NCBI GenBank assembly: GCA_002452695.1
Contig: DKFA01000112.1
Location: 50,832 to 99,692 of the forward strand
DNA: 48,861 bases
From: Dehalococcoidia bacterium UBA6808
GTDB lineage: Bacteria > Chloroflexota > Dehalococcoidia > GIF9 > UBA5629
Direction: 5' to 3'
The number at the start of each line of letters is the position of its first letter. Positions within the stretch are counted from its first letter, which is position 1. The notes under the pieces were generated by a model, which was given only the letters and a program-made list of their open reading frames with translations, did not search any database and was not told where the DNA came from. Position numbers and translations under genes: made by a program. This document shows, one piece after another, positions 25,639 to 33,853 of this stretch.

Positions 25639-26859
25639 GTGCATTACCCTGCCGACTGTTGCATGTTTGACATCGTTGTTATAGGCGCAGGCATTACCGG
25701 TAGCTTCACTGCCAGCCTCCTGGCCAAACTGGGCTACCGTGTTTGCGTGCTGGATAAACAGGTTGCCGGGCACAAGACCAGTTGTACGGGCATCGTGAGC
25801 AAAGAGTGCCTTGAATTGCTGCAGGCAAATCCGGCGGTAATCCAGCAGGAAGCGCACTCAGCCCGCATATTTTCCCCGTCAGGATCTTTCATCCGCGTGG
25901 ATCGCGAAAGCCCGCAGGCTTATGTGCTCGATAGACCCGGCCTTGATAGTTTCATGGCCGCTAGGGCGCAATCCTGCGGCGCCGAATACAGGCCGCACAC
26001 TCTGGTTAAATCGATCGACCTGCATGACAACTACATCACAGCGGTCTGTCGCCATGCTCGGCAGGATTACGAAATGCAGGCAGGCGCAGTGGTTATTGCG
26101 ACAGGTTTCGGCAGCAACCTGACAGAACAGCTCGGATTGGGCCGCATCAACCATTATGCGCATGGAGCACAGGCCGAGGTTACCTGCAGAGGTATCGATG
26201 AGACAGAGGTCTATTGCGGGTCTGCTGTTGCGCCCGGTTTTTTCGCCTGGCTGGTGCCTGTCGGCAAATCACAGGCCAAAGCAGGATTGCTCTGCCGCAA
26301 CAACCCGCGTGAATACATGTCCTCGCTGCTGAAAAAACTGGCCGATGAAGGTAAAATAGTCCGGGATGACTATCCTGTCAACTACGGCAACATCCCGCTC
26401 AAAACCCTTGGGAAAACGTACGGCAAACGCTTTGTGGTGATAGGGGACGCAGCCGGCCAGGCCAAACCGACCACAGGCGGCGGCATCTACTTCGGCTTGC
26501 TTTCAGCCAGTGAGGCAGTGGATGTGCTGGATGCGTCTTTCAAAGCCGGCGACCTGTCCGCCAGGCGGCTTTTCCGCTACCAGCAACGCTGGCAAAAGAT
26601 ACTGCGTGAGGAACTTACCATCGGCTACTGGGCGCACCGCTTCTACCAGAAACTGGATGACCGCCAGATCTGTCATATTTTCGACGTTATTGAACGTCAC
26701 GGCATACATGAGTCCTTCCTTACCTCCCCCGATATCACTTTCGACTGGCACGGTAAAATCATTATCGAAGCCATCAAACACCGTTCTCTGCAAAGGTCCC
26801 TTGCGGGATTTAATCGCGGCATGCTGGCCCGCATCAGGCAGGGGGGACGGCCGAAATAA
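25639..26859 (+). CDS. Geranylgeranyl reductase family FAD-dependent oxidoreductase
   Basis: FDIVVIGAGITGS (Rossmann motif) and GDAAGQAKPTTGGGIYFG (GGR-family motif). GTG 25639 has GAAAGG 5 nt upstream. ATG 25663 (MFDIVVIGAG) is an alternative start. Confidence 0.82.
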   Translation: MHYPADCCMFDIVVIGAGITGSFTASLLAKLGYRVCVLDKQVAGHKTSCTGIVSKECLELLQANPAVIQQEAHSARIFSPSGSFIRVDRESPQAYVLDRPGLDSFMAARAQSCGAEYRPHTLVKSIDLHDNYITAVCRHARQDYEMQAGAVVIATGFGSNLTEQLGLGRINHYAHGAQAEVTCRGIDETEVYCGSAVAPGFFAWLVPVGKSQAKAGLLCRNNPREYMSSLLKKLADEGKIVRDDYPVNYGNIPLKTLGKTYGKRFVVIGDAAGQAKPTTGGGIYFGLLSASEAVDVLDASFKAGDLSARRLFRYQQRWQKILREELTIGYWAHRFYQKLDDRQICHIFDVIERHGIHESFLTSPDITFDWHGKIIIEAIKHRSLQRSLAGFNRGMLARIRQGGRPK

Positions 26860-26883
26860 AGCTGTCCAGCCGTATGCGTCAAT

Positions 26884-26910
26884 TTGCATTTTCAATAAAC
26901 CTGTGATAAT
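26884..26910 (+). promoter_or_regulatory. Candidate extended -10 promoter upstream of nusA: TTGCAT, 15 nt, (TGt)GATAAT
   Basis: TTGCAT at 26884-26889, TG at 26902-26903 and GATAAT at 26905-26910. The spacer is shorter than optimal. Confidence 0.35.
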
Positions 26911-26936
26911 ATTTCCTTGAATTCAATACTAGACTG

Positions 26937-26966
26937 AAAGTGGGTCCGTGCACCCACTTTTTTATT
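26937..26966 (+). terminator. Rho-independent terminator 34 nt upstream of the nusA ATG; ends the glmM-GGR operon and/or acts as a nusA leader attenuator
   Basis: AAAGTGGGT (26937-26945), loop CCGTGC, ACCCACTTT (26952-26960). The T-run continues as TTTTTTATT. Confidence 0.75.
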
Positions 26967-27000
26967 GAAGAAAAATGCATGGTGAGGGAGACTGATTTCG

Positions 27001-28413
27001 ATGGCGAAGACTGAGTTCATGAATGCCCTCATGCAACTTGCGGCTGAAAAGAACCTGCCCAAGGAAATAGTCCTTACGGCGCTGGAATCTGCTATGGTTT
27101 CGGCTTATCGCAAGGAATCCTACACGCATGGAGAGGACATTTCGGTTAAAATTCACCCTATATCCGGCGAGGTCAAGCTCACTCTCAGGAAAACCGTAGT
27201 TGAAACACCCGAGGATGAGTACCGCGAGATTTCACTAAAAGACGCCAATAAAATAGATAAAACGCTTAAAACCGGAGATACGGTAACGTTCGAGCTGGCT
27301 CCTCCCAATGCGGGACGCATCCCGGCCCAAATAGCCAAGCAGGTCATCCTGCAGAAATTGCACGACGCCGAACGTGGCGCCATCTATGAGGAGTTCGTCG
27401 GCAAAGAAGGTGAGATCGTCACCGGGACGGTACAGCGGATAACGCCTGAGCATGTGGTAGTTGATATCGGCAAGACCGAAGCCGTCATCCCGCAGAACGA
27501 AAAGGTACCCACTGAACGCTACCGTCAGGGGCAGCGCCTGAAGCTGTACATCGTTGAGGTAGCCCGTACTACCAAGGGGCCGCAGATCATAGCTTCGCGG
27601 GCACACCGTAATCTGCTCAGGGATATGCTGATACTGGAAATTCCCGAGATCGCCAGCGGCGTAGTTGAAATCAAGGCCATTGCCAGGGAAGCCGGTTATC
27701 GCAGCAAGGTCGCTGTTAATACGCGCCAAACTGGAATCGATCCGGTCGGCTGCTGTGTCGGCCTGCGTGGAATCAGGATACAGAATGTAGTCAATGAGCT
27801 GAGCGGTGAGAAGATCGATGTGGTGCAATGGTCAGATGACCCCCGTATCTTCATCGCAAATGCGCTCAGTCCCGCACAGGTATTAAGCGTTACACTTAAC
27901 GAGCCTGAGACCACGGCCCTGGTCAAGGTACCGGATAAGCATCTTTCGCTGGCCATCGGCAAGGAAGGACAGAATGTGCGTCTGGCTGCCAAGCTTACAG
28001 GTTGGCGCATTGACATCAAGAGCGCTTCCGAGCTCGAGGCGGAAAAAGCCACTGCCAAAGCAGCCGAGGAAGCCGTTGAAGAAAAAGCAGCTATTGAGAC
28101 CCCGGTTGAAGCGGGAGCAGAAATTGAGGCGCATGTCGCAGAGGGAATGCCCGAACTCGTTGCTGCTGAGGCAGCAGAAGAAAAGGCTACTCCCGCCGGC
28201 ATCGAAATCCTTCTGCCGGTAGAGATGTCATCGCCTTCGAAGCCTTCCAAGATACGGTTCGCCGAGGAGATCCTGGCAGGGCGAGAAGGCAAATCCAGGA
28301 AGAAAGACGCATCGAAAAAAGATTCAGACGGCAAGGATGCTGGCACTAAAGCCAACAAATTCAAAGCCAAAAAGAAACCGGCCTATTATGAAGATGAAGA
28401 TTTCGAAGAATAA
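27001..28413 (+). CDS. nusA: Transcription termination/antitermination factor NusA with a charged C-terminal tail
   Basis: N-terminal LMQLAAEKNLPKEIVLTALESAMVSAYRK, an S1 region (GEIVTGTVQRI...) and two KH regions (GIDPVGCCVGLRGIRIQ; LSLAIGKEGQNVRLAAKLTGWRIDI). The exact start is uncertain, either ATG 27001 or ATG 27019. Confidence 0.93.
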   Translation: MAKTEFMNALMQLAAEKNLPKEIVLTALESAMVSAYRKESYTHGEDISVKIHPISGEVKLTLRKTVVETPEDEYREISLKDANKIDKTLKTGDTVTFELAPPNAGRIPAQIAKQVILQKLHDAERGAIYEEFVGKEGEIVTGTVQRITPEHVVVDIGKTEAVIPQNEKVPTERYRQGQRLKLYIVEVARTTKGPQIIASRAHRNLLRDMLILEIPEIASGVVEIKAIAREAGYRSKVAVNTRQTGIDPVGCCVGLRGIRIQNVVNELSGEKIDVVQWSDDPRIFIANALSPAQVLSVTLNEPETTALVKVPDKHLSLAIGKEGQNVRLAAKLTGWRIDIKSASELEAEKATAKAAEEAVEEKAAIETPVEAGAEIEAHVAEGMPELVAAEAAEEKATPAGIEILLPVEMSSPSKPSKIRFAEEILAGREGKSRKKDASKKDSDGKDAGTKANKFKAKKKPAYYEDEDFEE

Positions 28414-28711
28414 TAATATTTCACAACCTTTGAAACTGAAACATGTGCCGCTGCGTACCTGCATCGCTTGCAGGCAGACAGCCGGTAAAAGAGAGCTTAT
28501 CAGGCTTGTTTGCAGCGACGCCGGTGTAGAAGTCGACATCAAGGGCAGGAAGCCCGGCAGGGGCGTTTATCTTTGCGCCAAACGGAAATGCTGGGAAAAC
28601 GGATTGAAAGGTAACAGGATCGAGTTCGGCCTGCGGACCAAACTATCCGCAGATAACAGGCAGTCATTGCTCGAATACGGCAAGGCTCTGCCAGAAAAGG
28701 AAGAGCAGTAA
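28388..28711 (+). CDS. ylxR: YlxR/RnpM-family (DUF448) RNA-binding protein
   Basis: PLRTCIACRQTAGKRELIRLV...GRGVYLC is the DUF448 signature. The start is uncertain (ATG 28388 or GTG 28445), and the track's 28337 start lies deep inside nusA. Confidence 0.85.
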   Translation: MKMKISKNNNISQPLKLKHVPLRTCIACRQTAGKRELIRLVCSDAGVEVDIKGRKPGRGVYLCAKRKCWENGLKGNRIEFGLRTKLSADNRQSLLEYGKALPEKEEQ

Positions 28712-30495
28712 TGAATAATAAGGAACAGGCTGGCGTTGGGGAAACCGGAGCAAAACAGGGTCCCCCTTCCCTGGGATTGCCCCCTGTCATCACGGTCAAA
28801 CAGCTTGCCGACCAGATCGGCGTAAGCGGCATTGAAATCATCAAGCAGCTTATGCGCAACGGGGTTATGGCCAACATCAACCAGGCCCTCGAATATGACG
28901 TTGCTGCCAAAATCGTTGCTGACTTCGGTTATACTGCCAGGAAACTGCCTGTTGTGACACAAACCAAACAGGCTGTCAGCGCCAAGGGCGCCAGGCTGCG
29001 CCCGAGGCCGCCTGTAATCACCATTATGGGACATGTCGACCACGGCAAGACCAGCCTCCTTGATGCAATCAGACAGACCAATGTGGCAGCCGGAGAAGCA
29101 GGGGCCATCACACAGCATATAGGCGCCTATCAAATCGAGATGGGCGGACGTAAGATTACCTTCCTTGATACACCCGGTCACGAGGCATTTACGGCCATGA
29201 GGGCGCGCGGCGCCCGCGCTACCGACATTGCGGTACTGGTAGTCGCAGCGGATGACGGTGTCATGCCCCAGACTATCGAAGCCCTTGACCATGCCAGGGC
29301 AGCCGGCGTGAGCATCGTTATCGCCCTGAATAAGATAGACAAGGCCAACGCTGCTCCCGATAAGGTTAAGCAGCAGCTTGCCGATCTGGGCGTGCTGATT
29401 GAGGAATGGGGCGGCGACACAATCTGTGTCCCCGTATCGGCCAAGAAGAAACAGGGTATCGATGATCTGCTGGAAAACGTGCTGCTGGTAGCCGATATGC
29501 TGGAGCTAAAAGCCGAATGGGACTGCCCTGCCGAAGGCATCGTAATTGAAGCTAAGCTCGATAAAAATCGCGGTCCGGTGGCCACGTTGCTGGTCCAGAA
29601 AGGCGTCCTAAAGCCAGGAGACAACCTTGTCATCGGCGCCATTTCAGGCAAAGTCAAGGCCATGTTTAACGATTCCGGCAAGAATATCCGCAAGGCAGAA
29701 CCTGCCACTCCGGTTGAGATACTCGGCATGAATTCCGTGCCTGTCGCCGGTGAGGTTTTCCAGGTGGTAGCCGACGAAAAAGAAGCACGTGCCCTTGTTG
29801 AAAAGAATCGAGCCGCGGCCGGTGCAGCAGCCAACACATCCCGCAGCCTCAGCCTGTCATCCGTGGCAGCCCAGGCCGGAAGCGGGGCAATAAAAGAACT
29901 TAATATTATCCTCAAGACCGATGTCCACGGCAGCATCGAACCGATCAAGGACTCGCTGGAACGCCTCAGCGACGACAAAACCCGCGTCAAGGTGATACAT
30001 ACCGGCACCGGCAGTATTACAGAAGGCGATATCCTGCTGGCAATGGCCTCCAAGGCCGTTATAATAGGTTTCAACAGCAGGCCGGAAGCCGGCGCCGGCA
30101 GGCTGGCTGAACAGGAGAAAATCAGCATCCGGCAGTATAACGTCATTTACAAATTAATCGAGGACGTTGAAAAAGCTCTCAAAGGTATGCTCGAACCGGA
30201 ATATGCCGAGGTGGTCGCCGGCCAGGCAGAGATCAAGGCTATTTTCGAAGCCGGCAAGAAGGGGAAGATCGCAGGCGCATGGATGAAAGAAGGAAAAGCA
30301 ACCAGAGATTCTCAGGTGAGGGTCTTCCGCGACGGTAAGGTAATCGCTGAATCACGTTTAACAGGATTGCGCCGGTTTAAGGATGATGTGAAGGAGGTGA
30401 CTACAGGTATGGAGTTCGGCGTTAAACTTGAGAACTTCGTCGATTTCCAGGTAGGTGATATTTTGCAGTTCATAAAGCAGGAACGCATAGACTGA
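28711..30495 (+). CDS. infB: Translation initiation factor IF-2 (short N-terminal form)
   Basis: PPVITIMGHVDHGKTSLLD, DTPGHEAF and NKID make up the G domain. The C-terminal domains are typical. The start overlaps the ylxR stop (TAATG). Confidence 0.96.
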   Translation: MNNKEQAGVGETGAKQGPPSLGLPPVITVKQLADQIGVSGIEIIKQLMRNGVMANINQALEYDVAAKIVADFGYTARKLPVVTQTKQAVSAKGARLRPRPPVITIMGHVDHGKTSLLDAIRQTNVAAGEAGAITQHIGAYQIEMGGRKITFLDTPGHEAFTAMRARGARATDIAVLVVAADDGVMPQTIEALDHARAAGVSIVIALNKIDKANAAPDKVKQQLADLGVLIEEWGGDTICVPVSAKKKQGIDDLLENVLLVADMLELKAEWDCPAEGIVIEAKLDKNRGPVATLLVQKGVLKPGDNLVIGAISGKVKAMFNDSGKNIRKAEPATPVEILGMNSVPVAGEVFQVVADEKEARALVEKNRAAAGAAANTSRSLSLSSVAAQAGSGAIKELNIILKTDVHGSIEPIKDSLERLSDDKTRVKVIHTGTGSITEGDILLAMASKAVIIGFNSRPEAGAGRLAEQEKISIRQYNVIYKLIEDVEKALKGMLEPEYAEVVAGQAEIKAIFEAGKKGKIAGAWMKEGKATRDSQVRVFRDGKVIAESRLTGLRRFKDDVKEVTTGMEFGVKLENFVDFQVGDILQFIKQERID

Positions 30496-30556
30496 TAGCT
30501 CCTTGCGAATCGGACCGCTGCAATTGAATACCTCATCTTTCTTTAGGGAGAATGCT

Positions 30557-30949
30557 ATGACCCGACGCACAGAACGTTTAAATCATCTTATCCAGATCGA
30601 GCTCAGCGATTTGCTGCGCAAGCATATCAACGATCCAAGACTCACCAGCCTGATCAGCATAACGGGTGTCTCCATTTCCAATGACCTGAAAAATGCCACG
30701 GTCCTGATCAGCGCTCTCGGCGATCATCATGACAGGGATGAGATACTAAATGGGTTTCATTCGGCCTCAGGTTTTTTGCGCCGAGAGCTTGCGCACCGGC
30801 TTGATATAAGGGTTACTCCTGAACTGAAATTTGAATTTGATGATTCCATCGAAAAGGGCGTCAGTCTCGTCAGCCTGATCGACAGAGTCGTAGCAGAAGA
30901 CAAGCAGGCGGGAACGGATGGGCGTAAACGGAATCCTAAACATAAATAA
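30557..30949 (+). CDS. rbfA: Ribosome-binding factor A
   Basis: MTRRTERLNHLIQIELSDLLRKHINDPRL with AGGGAG 6 nt upstream of ATG 30557. The track's start at 30503 is probably too early. Confidence 0.9.
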   Translation: MTRRTERLNHLIQIELSDLLRKHINDPRLTSLISITGVSISNDLKNATVLISALGDHHDRDEILNGFHSASGFLRRELAHRLDIRVTPELKFEFDDSIEKGVSLVSLIDRVVAEDKQAGTDGRKRNPKHK

Positions 30950-31811
30950 ACCCTGCGGCCCCACTTCCTTCAGCATGGTTGCAACTGTCCGCCGTCTGAG
31001 CGGGGAAAAGCGCGTCGGACATGCCGGCACCCTGGACCCCGGCGCTTCGGGTGTGCTGCCAATCTGCCTGGGGCAGGCCGTCCGGCTGATCGAGTATATG
31101 CATAACTTTCCCAAGGAATACGTTGCCGGCATTATGCTCGGCGCCACCACAGATACGCTGGATGCCCAGGGCAGTCTCATTTCCCGCGGTGATGCGACAG
31201 CTATCAGCGAAAAACAGGTTCGGCAAGAGCTTCAGCGCTTCATCGGCGATATCAGTCAAGCTCCCCCTGCTTACAGCGCAAAGAAAATTGGAGGCAAGAA
31301 ATCATACAGGTTGGCCAGAAAAGGCGCCAGCATTCCACTTGAACCGCATAGTGTGACAATCGATGCTATTAATATGCTTTCTTTTGAAAACCCCTATCTC
31401 AAGGTAAGGGTACGCTGCTCTACCGGCACTTATATACGCGCCCTTGCCCGCGATCTTGGCGAGGCCCTGGGCTGCGGCGCTTACCTGCAGGATCTCCTTC
31501 GCACAGCTTACGGCCCCTACAATCTCGATAATGCGCTGGCCCCGGATGAGCTTGCCCGCCAGGCCCAAGCAGCAGGCTTGCCCGGCCTTCTTTTCCCGGT
31601 CGATCACCCCCTGCAATCCTGGCAGAAACACGTGCTCGATGTCAGGGTTGCCGCCCTGGTTCTCAGCGGCACAGCTATACACCTCAATGATGACACGTTC
31701 GATACCGGACAGCTTCTTTGCAGTTACGATAGTAGCGGTAAATTTCTGGGCATCCTTAAATATTCTGCTGCAAACGGATTATGGTGGCCAGAAAAGATTT
31801 TCAACCTTTAA
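30918..31811 (+). CDS. truB: tRNA pseudouridine(55) synthase TruB
   Basis: GILNINKPCGPTSFS and VGHAGTLDPGASGVLPICLGQA (catalytic Asp block). It overlaps the rbfA 3' end by 32 nt. Confidence 0.94.
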   Translation: MGVNGILNINKPCGPTSFSMVATVRRLSGEKRVGHAGTLDPGASGVLPICLGQAVRLIEYMHNFPKEYVAGIMLGATTDTLDAQGSLISRGDATAISEKQVRQELQRFIGDISQAPPAYSAKKIGGKKSYRLARKGASIPLEPHSVTIDAINMLSFENPYLKVRVRCSTGTYIRALARDLGEALGCGAYLQDLLRTAYGPYNLDNALAPDELARQAQAAGLPGLLFPVDHPLQSWQKHVLDVRVAALVLSGTAIHLNDDTFDTGQLLCSYDSSGKFLGILKYSAANGLWWPEKIFNL

Positions 31812-31847
31812 AATCGAGGGAGCTTTTCATCTTCATCGAAAAAACGC

Positions 31848-31876
31848 TTGACAGAGATATTCGTATTGGCTATATT
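31848..31876 (+). promoter_or_regulatory. Near-consensus promoter: TTGACA, 17 nt, TATATT
   Basis: TTGACA at 31848-31853 and TATATT at 31871-31876, followed by GGAGG and ATG 31914. Confidence 0.65.
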
Positions 31877-31913
31877 AGCCTTAAGAGCTTTAAACAGCTT
31901 CAGGAGGTGCCCA

Positions 31914-32057
31914 ATGACAGAGGCTTACTGCTTCAAAGACAGGAAGATGGTGGAAATCAAGAACGCACAGAAGGTTACCCTGAAGAATGGCAGGCCGGCG
32001 ATCAAGGGGGTGTGCCCCCTCTGCGGGACCAAGGTTTACAGGATCGGTAAGAGCTAA
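31914..32057 (+). CDS. Small Zn-ribbon protein (DUF5679-like), 47 aa
   Basis: MTEAYCFKDRKMVEIKNAQKVTLKNGRPAIKGVCPLCGTKVYRIGKS, with C6 and CPLC as ligand candidates. A strong SD (CAGGAGG) is present. The track ORF start at 31848 lies inside the promoter. Confidence 0.7.
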   Translation: MTEAYCFKDRKMVEIKNAQKVTLKNGRPAIKGVCPLCGTKVYRIGKS

Positions 32058-32080
32058 ACAACAACCAATCTGCGCAAATC

Positions 32081-32746
32081 TCACGAGATTTTCTTGATTC
32101 TCTGAAGCAATTTCAGGGGATTATCTTCTAGTATAGCTTTAAATTGGAGGGGGGGAATACCGGCCTCTGCGAGTGTGGACCTGGCCAATTCTTCGCTGAG
32201 CAGATCATCTTCACAGTGAGAATCGGTATTCAGCAGCAGCAACGCTCCTGCTTCAGTGGCTGTTTTAGCAACATGCGGGTTGGTTACGCAGTGGCTTCTC
32301 CGGGTGGTAATCTCAATAAAAACCCCGTTTTCAGCTGCTATCCTGGCTGTTTCCAGCGTAATATTTCCGGGATGCGCCAGGATATCCACATAGTGCGATT
32401 TCACGGCGGCCAGATTGGTTCCCTCCTCCACCGGCTCGGCAGTTGTTTCACCATGAACAACCACCAGCCAGGCGCCCAACTCCTTGGCCTTGCGTGCCGC
32501 ACCATCGATTGCAGCGGGCGGCAGGTGGGTAAGCTCCACTCCCGGCATAGCCAGGATATTCCAGTATGACCTTGCCAGCCTGCAATCGTCACTGACTTCC
32601 TCGATCAGCCTCTTCAACGAACCTACACCGACATGGTCGGTAATACCCAGTGTGCAGTAGCCTTTCACCGCGGCACGCCTGATCAATTCGATCGGGGAAA
32701 GTACTCCATCACTGTGAAATGTATGCGAATGGAAATCATATAGCAC
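32081..32746 (-). CDS. PHP-domain metal-dependent phosphoesterase (histidinol-phosphatase-like)
   Basis: MLYDFHSHTFHSDGV...GITDH...HGE...DSH shows the PHP His/Asp ligand pattern. Confidence 0.82.
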   Translation of the reverse strand: MLYDFHSHTFHSDGVLSPIELIRRAAVKGYCTLGITDHVGVGSLKRLIEEVSDDCRLARSYWNILAMPGVELTHLPPAAIDGAARKAKELGAWLVVVHGETTAEPVEEGTNLAAVKSHYVDILAHPGNITLETARIAAENGVFIEITTRRSHCVTNPHVAKTATEAGALLLLNTDSHCEDDLLSEELARSTLAEAGIPPLQFKAILEDNPLKLLQRIKKIS

Positions 32747-32797
32747 GTAATAAATTTATATAAAAATCCTGAATAATACAAGGGCGCTGTAATAATC

Positions 32798-32806
32798 TGG
32801 TATAAT
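32798..32806 (+). promoter_or_regulatory. Extended -10 element TGgTATAAT upstream of the second USP gene
   Basis: TG at 32798-32799 and TATAAT at 32801-32806, 20 nt before ATG 32827. There is no good -35. Confidence 0.4.
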
Positions 32807-32826
32807 AGAGCGGATTTAAATCTGAA

Positions 32827-33813
32827 ATGTTTAAAAAGATACTCGTTCCGCTTGATGGTTCGGTTGAGGCGGAGACCGTTTTACCTTTCGTCCGGGACAT
32901 CGCAGTCAGGTTCAACTCGGAAGTGGATATCCTGAGTGTGGGGCTCGGCAGTAAAACGCGTCGCGTTAATCAATTGCTGGAAGACTACGTGCATCATGCT
33001 ATTGAACATCTGCAGGAAAATGCGATAACCTGCCGTGCCGTTTTGCTCTACAGCGACGCGCAGAAGGAAACACTGGATTTCGCCGAAGTCGTCACCCGGC
33101 AGCGCAAACTCAAGGCCAAAGGCAAAGTGACCTACGGAGGACCAGCCGAGAATATCCTGCTGTACGCGCAGCAGAACCACGTCAACCTCATTATCATGGC
33201 TACTCACGGACACAGCGGACTGCGCCGTTGGTGGCTGGGCAGTGTATTTGAGAAGGTTGTCTCCAAATGTGCAGTACCCGTGCTGGTCATCCACAGCAAA
33301 CACGTCAAGGAGATCGATCGCGACCGCCGCTCTACTTTTAAATGCATACTTACGCCGCTTGACGGTTCGGAAACGGGGGAGTCCGCCTTGCGCGATGCCG
33401 AAGCTCTGGCGCTCAAAACCGGCGCATCCATGGTCCTGTTGCATGTGATACCAACGCCACATGCGGTGGAAGCCCGGCTGCTCGGGCCCGAGTTTGCCAA
33501 TTTCGTTAAAGCCACGCATGATGCAGGTGAAAAATATTTAAACCGGGTTAGCAACAGGCTGAGCGAAAAAGGGATAGCCGCCACAACCAGGATAGTATCG
33601 GGCGACCCGGCACAGCAAATCATCAACGCGGCTGCACATGAGAAAGCCGACCTGATCGCCATGTCGACCCACGGCAGGAGCGGCATTGCCCGTTTCGTCA
33701 TGGGCAGCGTAGCTGACAAGATCCTGCATGCCTCCAACCTGCCGATGTGGTTGGTCAGACCGCGTCGGATAATACAGCAGATGGATCAGGCTGAAGAGCG
33801 CAAAGACAATTGA
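32827..33813 (+). CDS. Universal stress protein, tandem USP domains (paralogue of 11882-12799)
   Basis: MFKKILVPLDGS, ATHGHSGLRRWWLGSVFEKV and STHGRSGIARFVMGSVADKI. Confidence 0.88.
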   Translation: MFKKILVPLDGSVEAETVLPFVRDIAVRFNSEVDILSVGLGSKTRRVNQLLEDYVHHAIEHLQENAITCRAVLLYSDAQKETLDFAEVVTRQRKLKAKGKVTYGGPAENILLYAQQNHVNLIIMATHGHSGLRRWWLGSVFEKVVSKCAVPVLVIHSKHVKEIDRDRRSTFKCILTPLDGSETGESALRDAEALALKTGASMVLLHVIPTPHAVEARLLGPEFANFVKATHDAGEKYLNRVSNRLSEKGIAATTRIVSGDPAQQIINAAAHEKADLIAMSTHGRSGIARFVMGSVADKILHASNLPMWLVRPRRIIQQMDQAEERKDN

Positions 33814-33853
33814 GCCTATCACATAATCGCTATCAGTAAAGGAGTATGTCAAA

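Noticed and set aside
26860-27000. A rimP gene, expected upstream of nusA
   Set aside because: Only 140 bp of non-coding DNA lies here, holding a promoter-like element and a terminator. rimP is not at this locus. Its absence is noted but not treated as a feature.
28567-30146. Minus-strand ORFs of 241 and 322 aa opposite ylxR and infB
   Set aside because: They lie antisense to the unmistakable IF-2 G domain. The products are Ser/Ala/Arg-rich with no motifs. Rejected as shadow ORFs.
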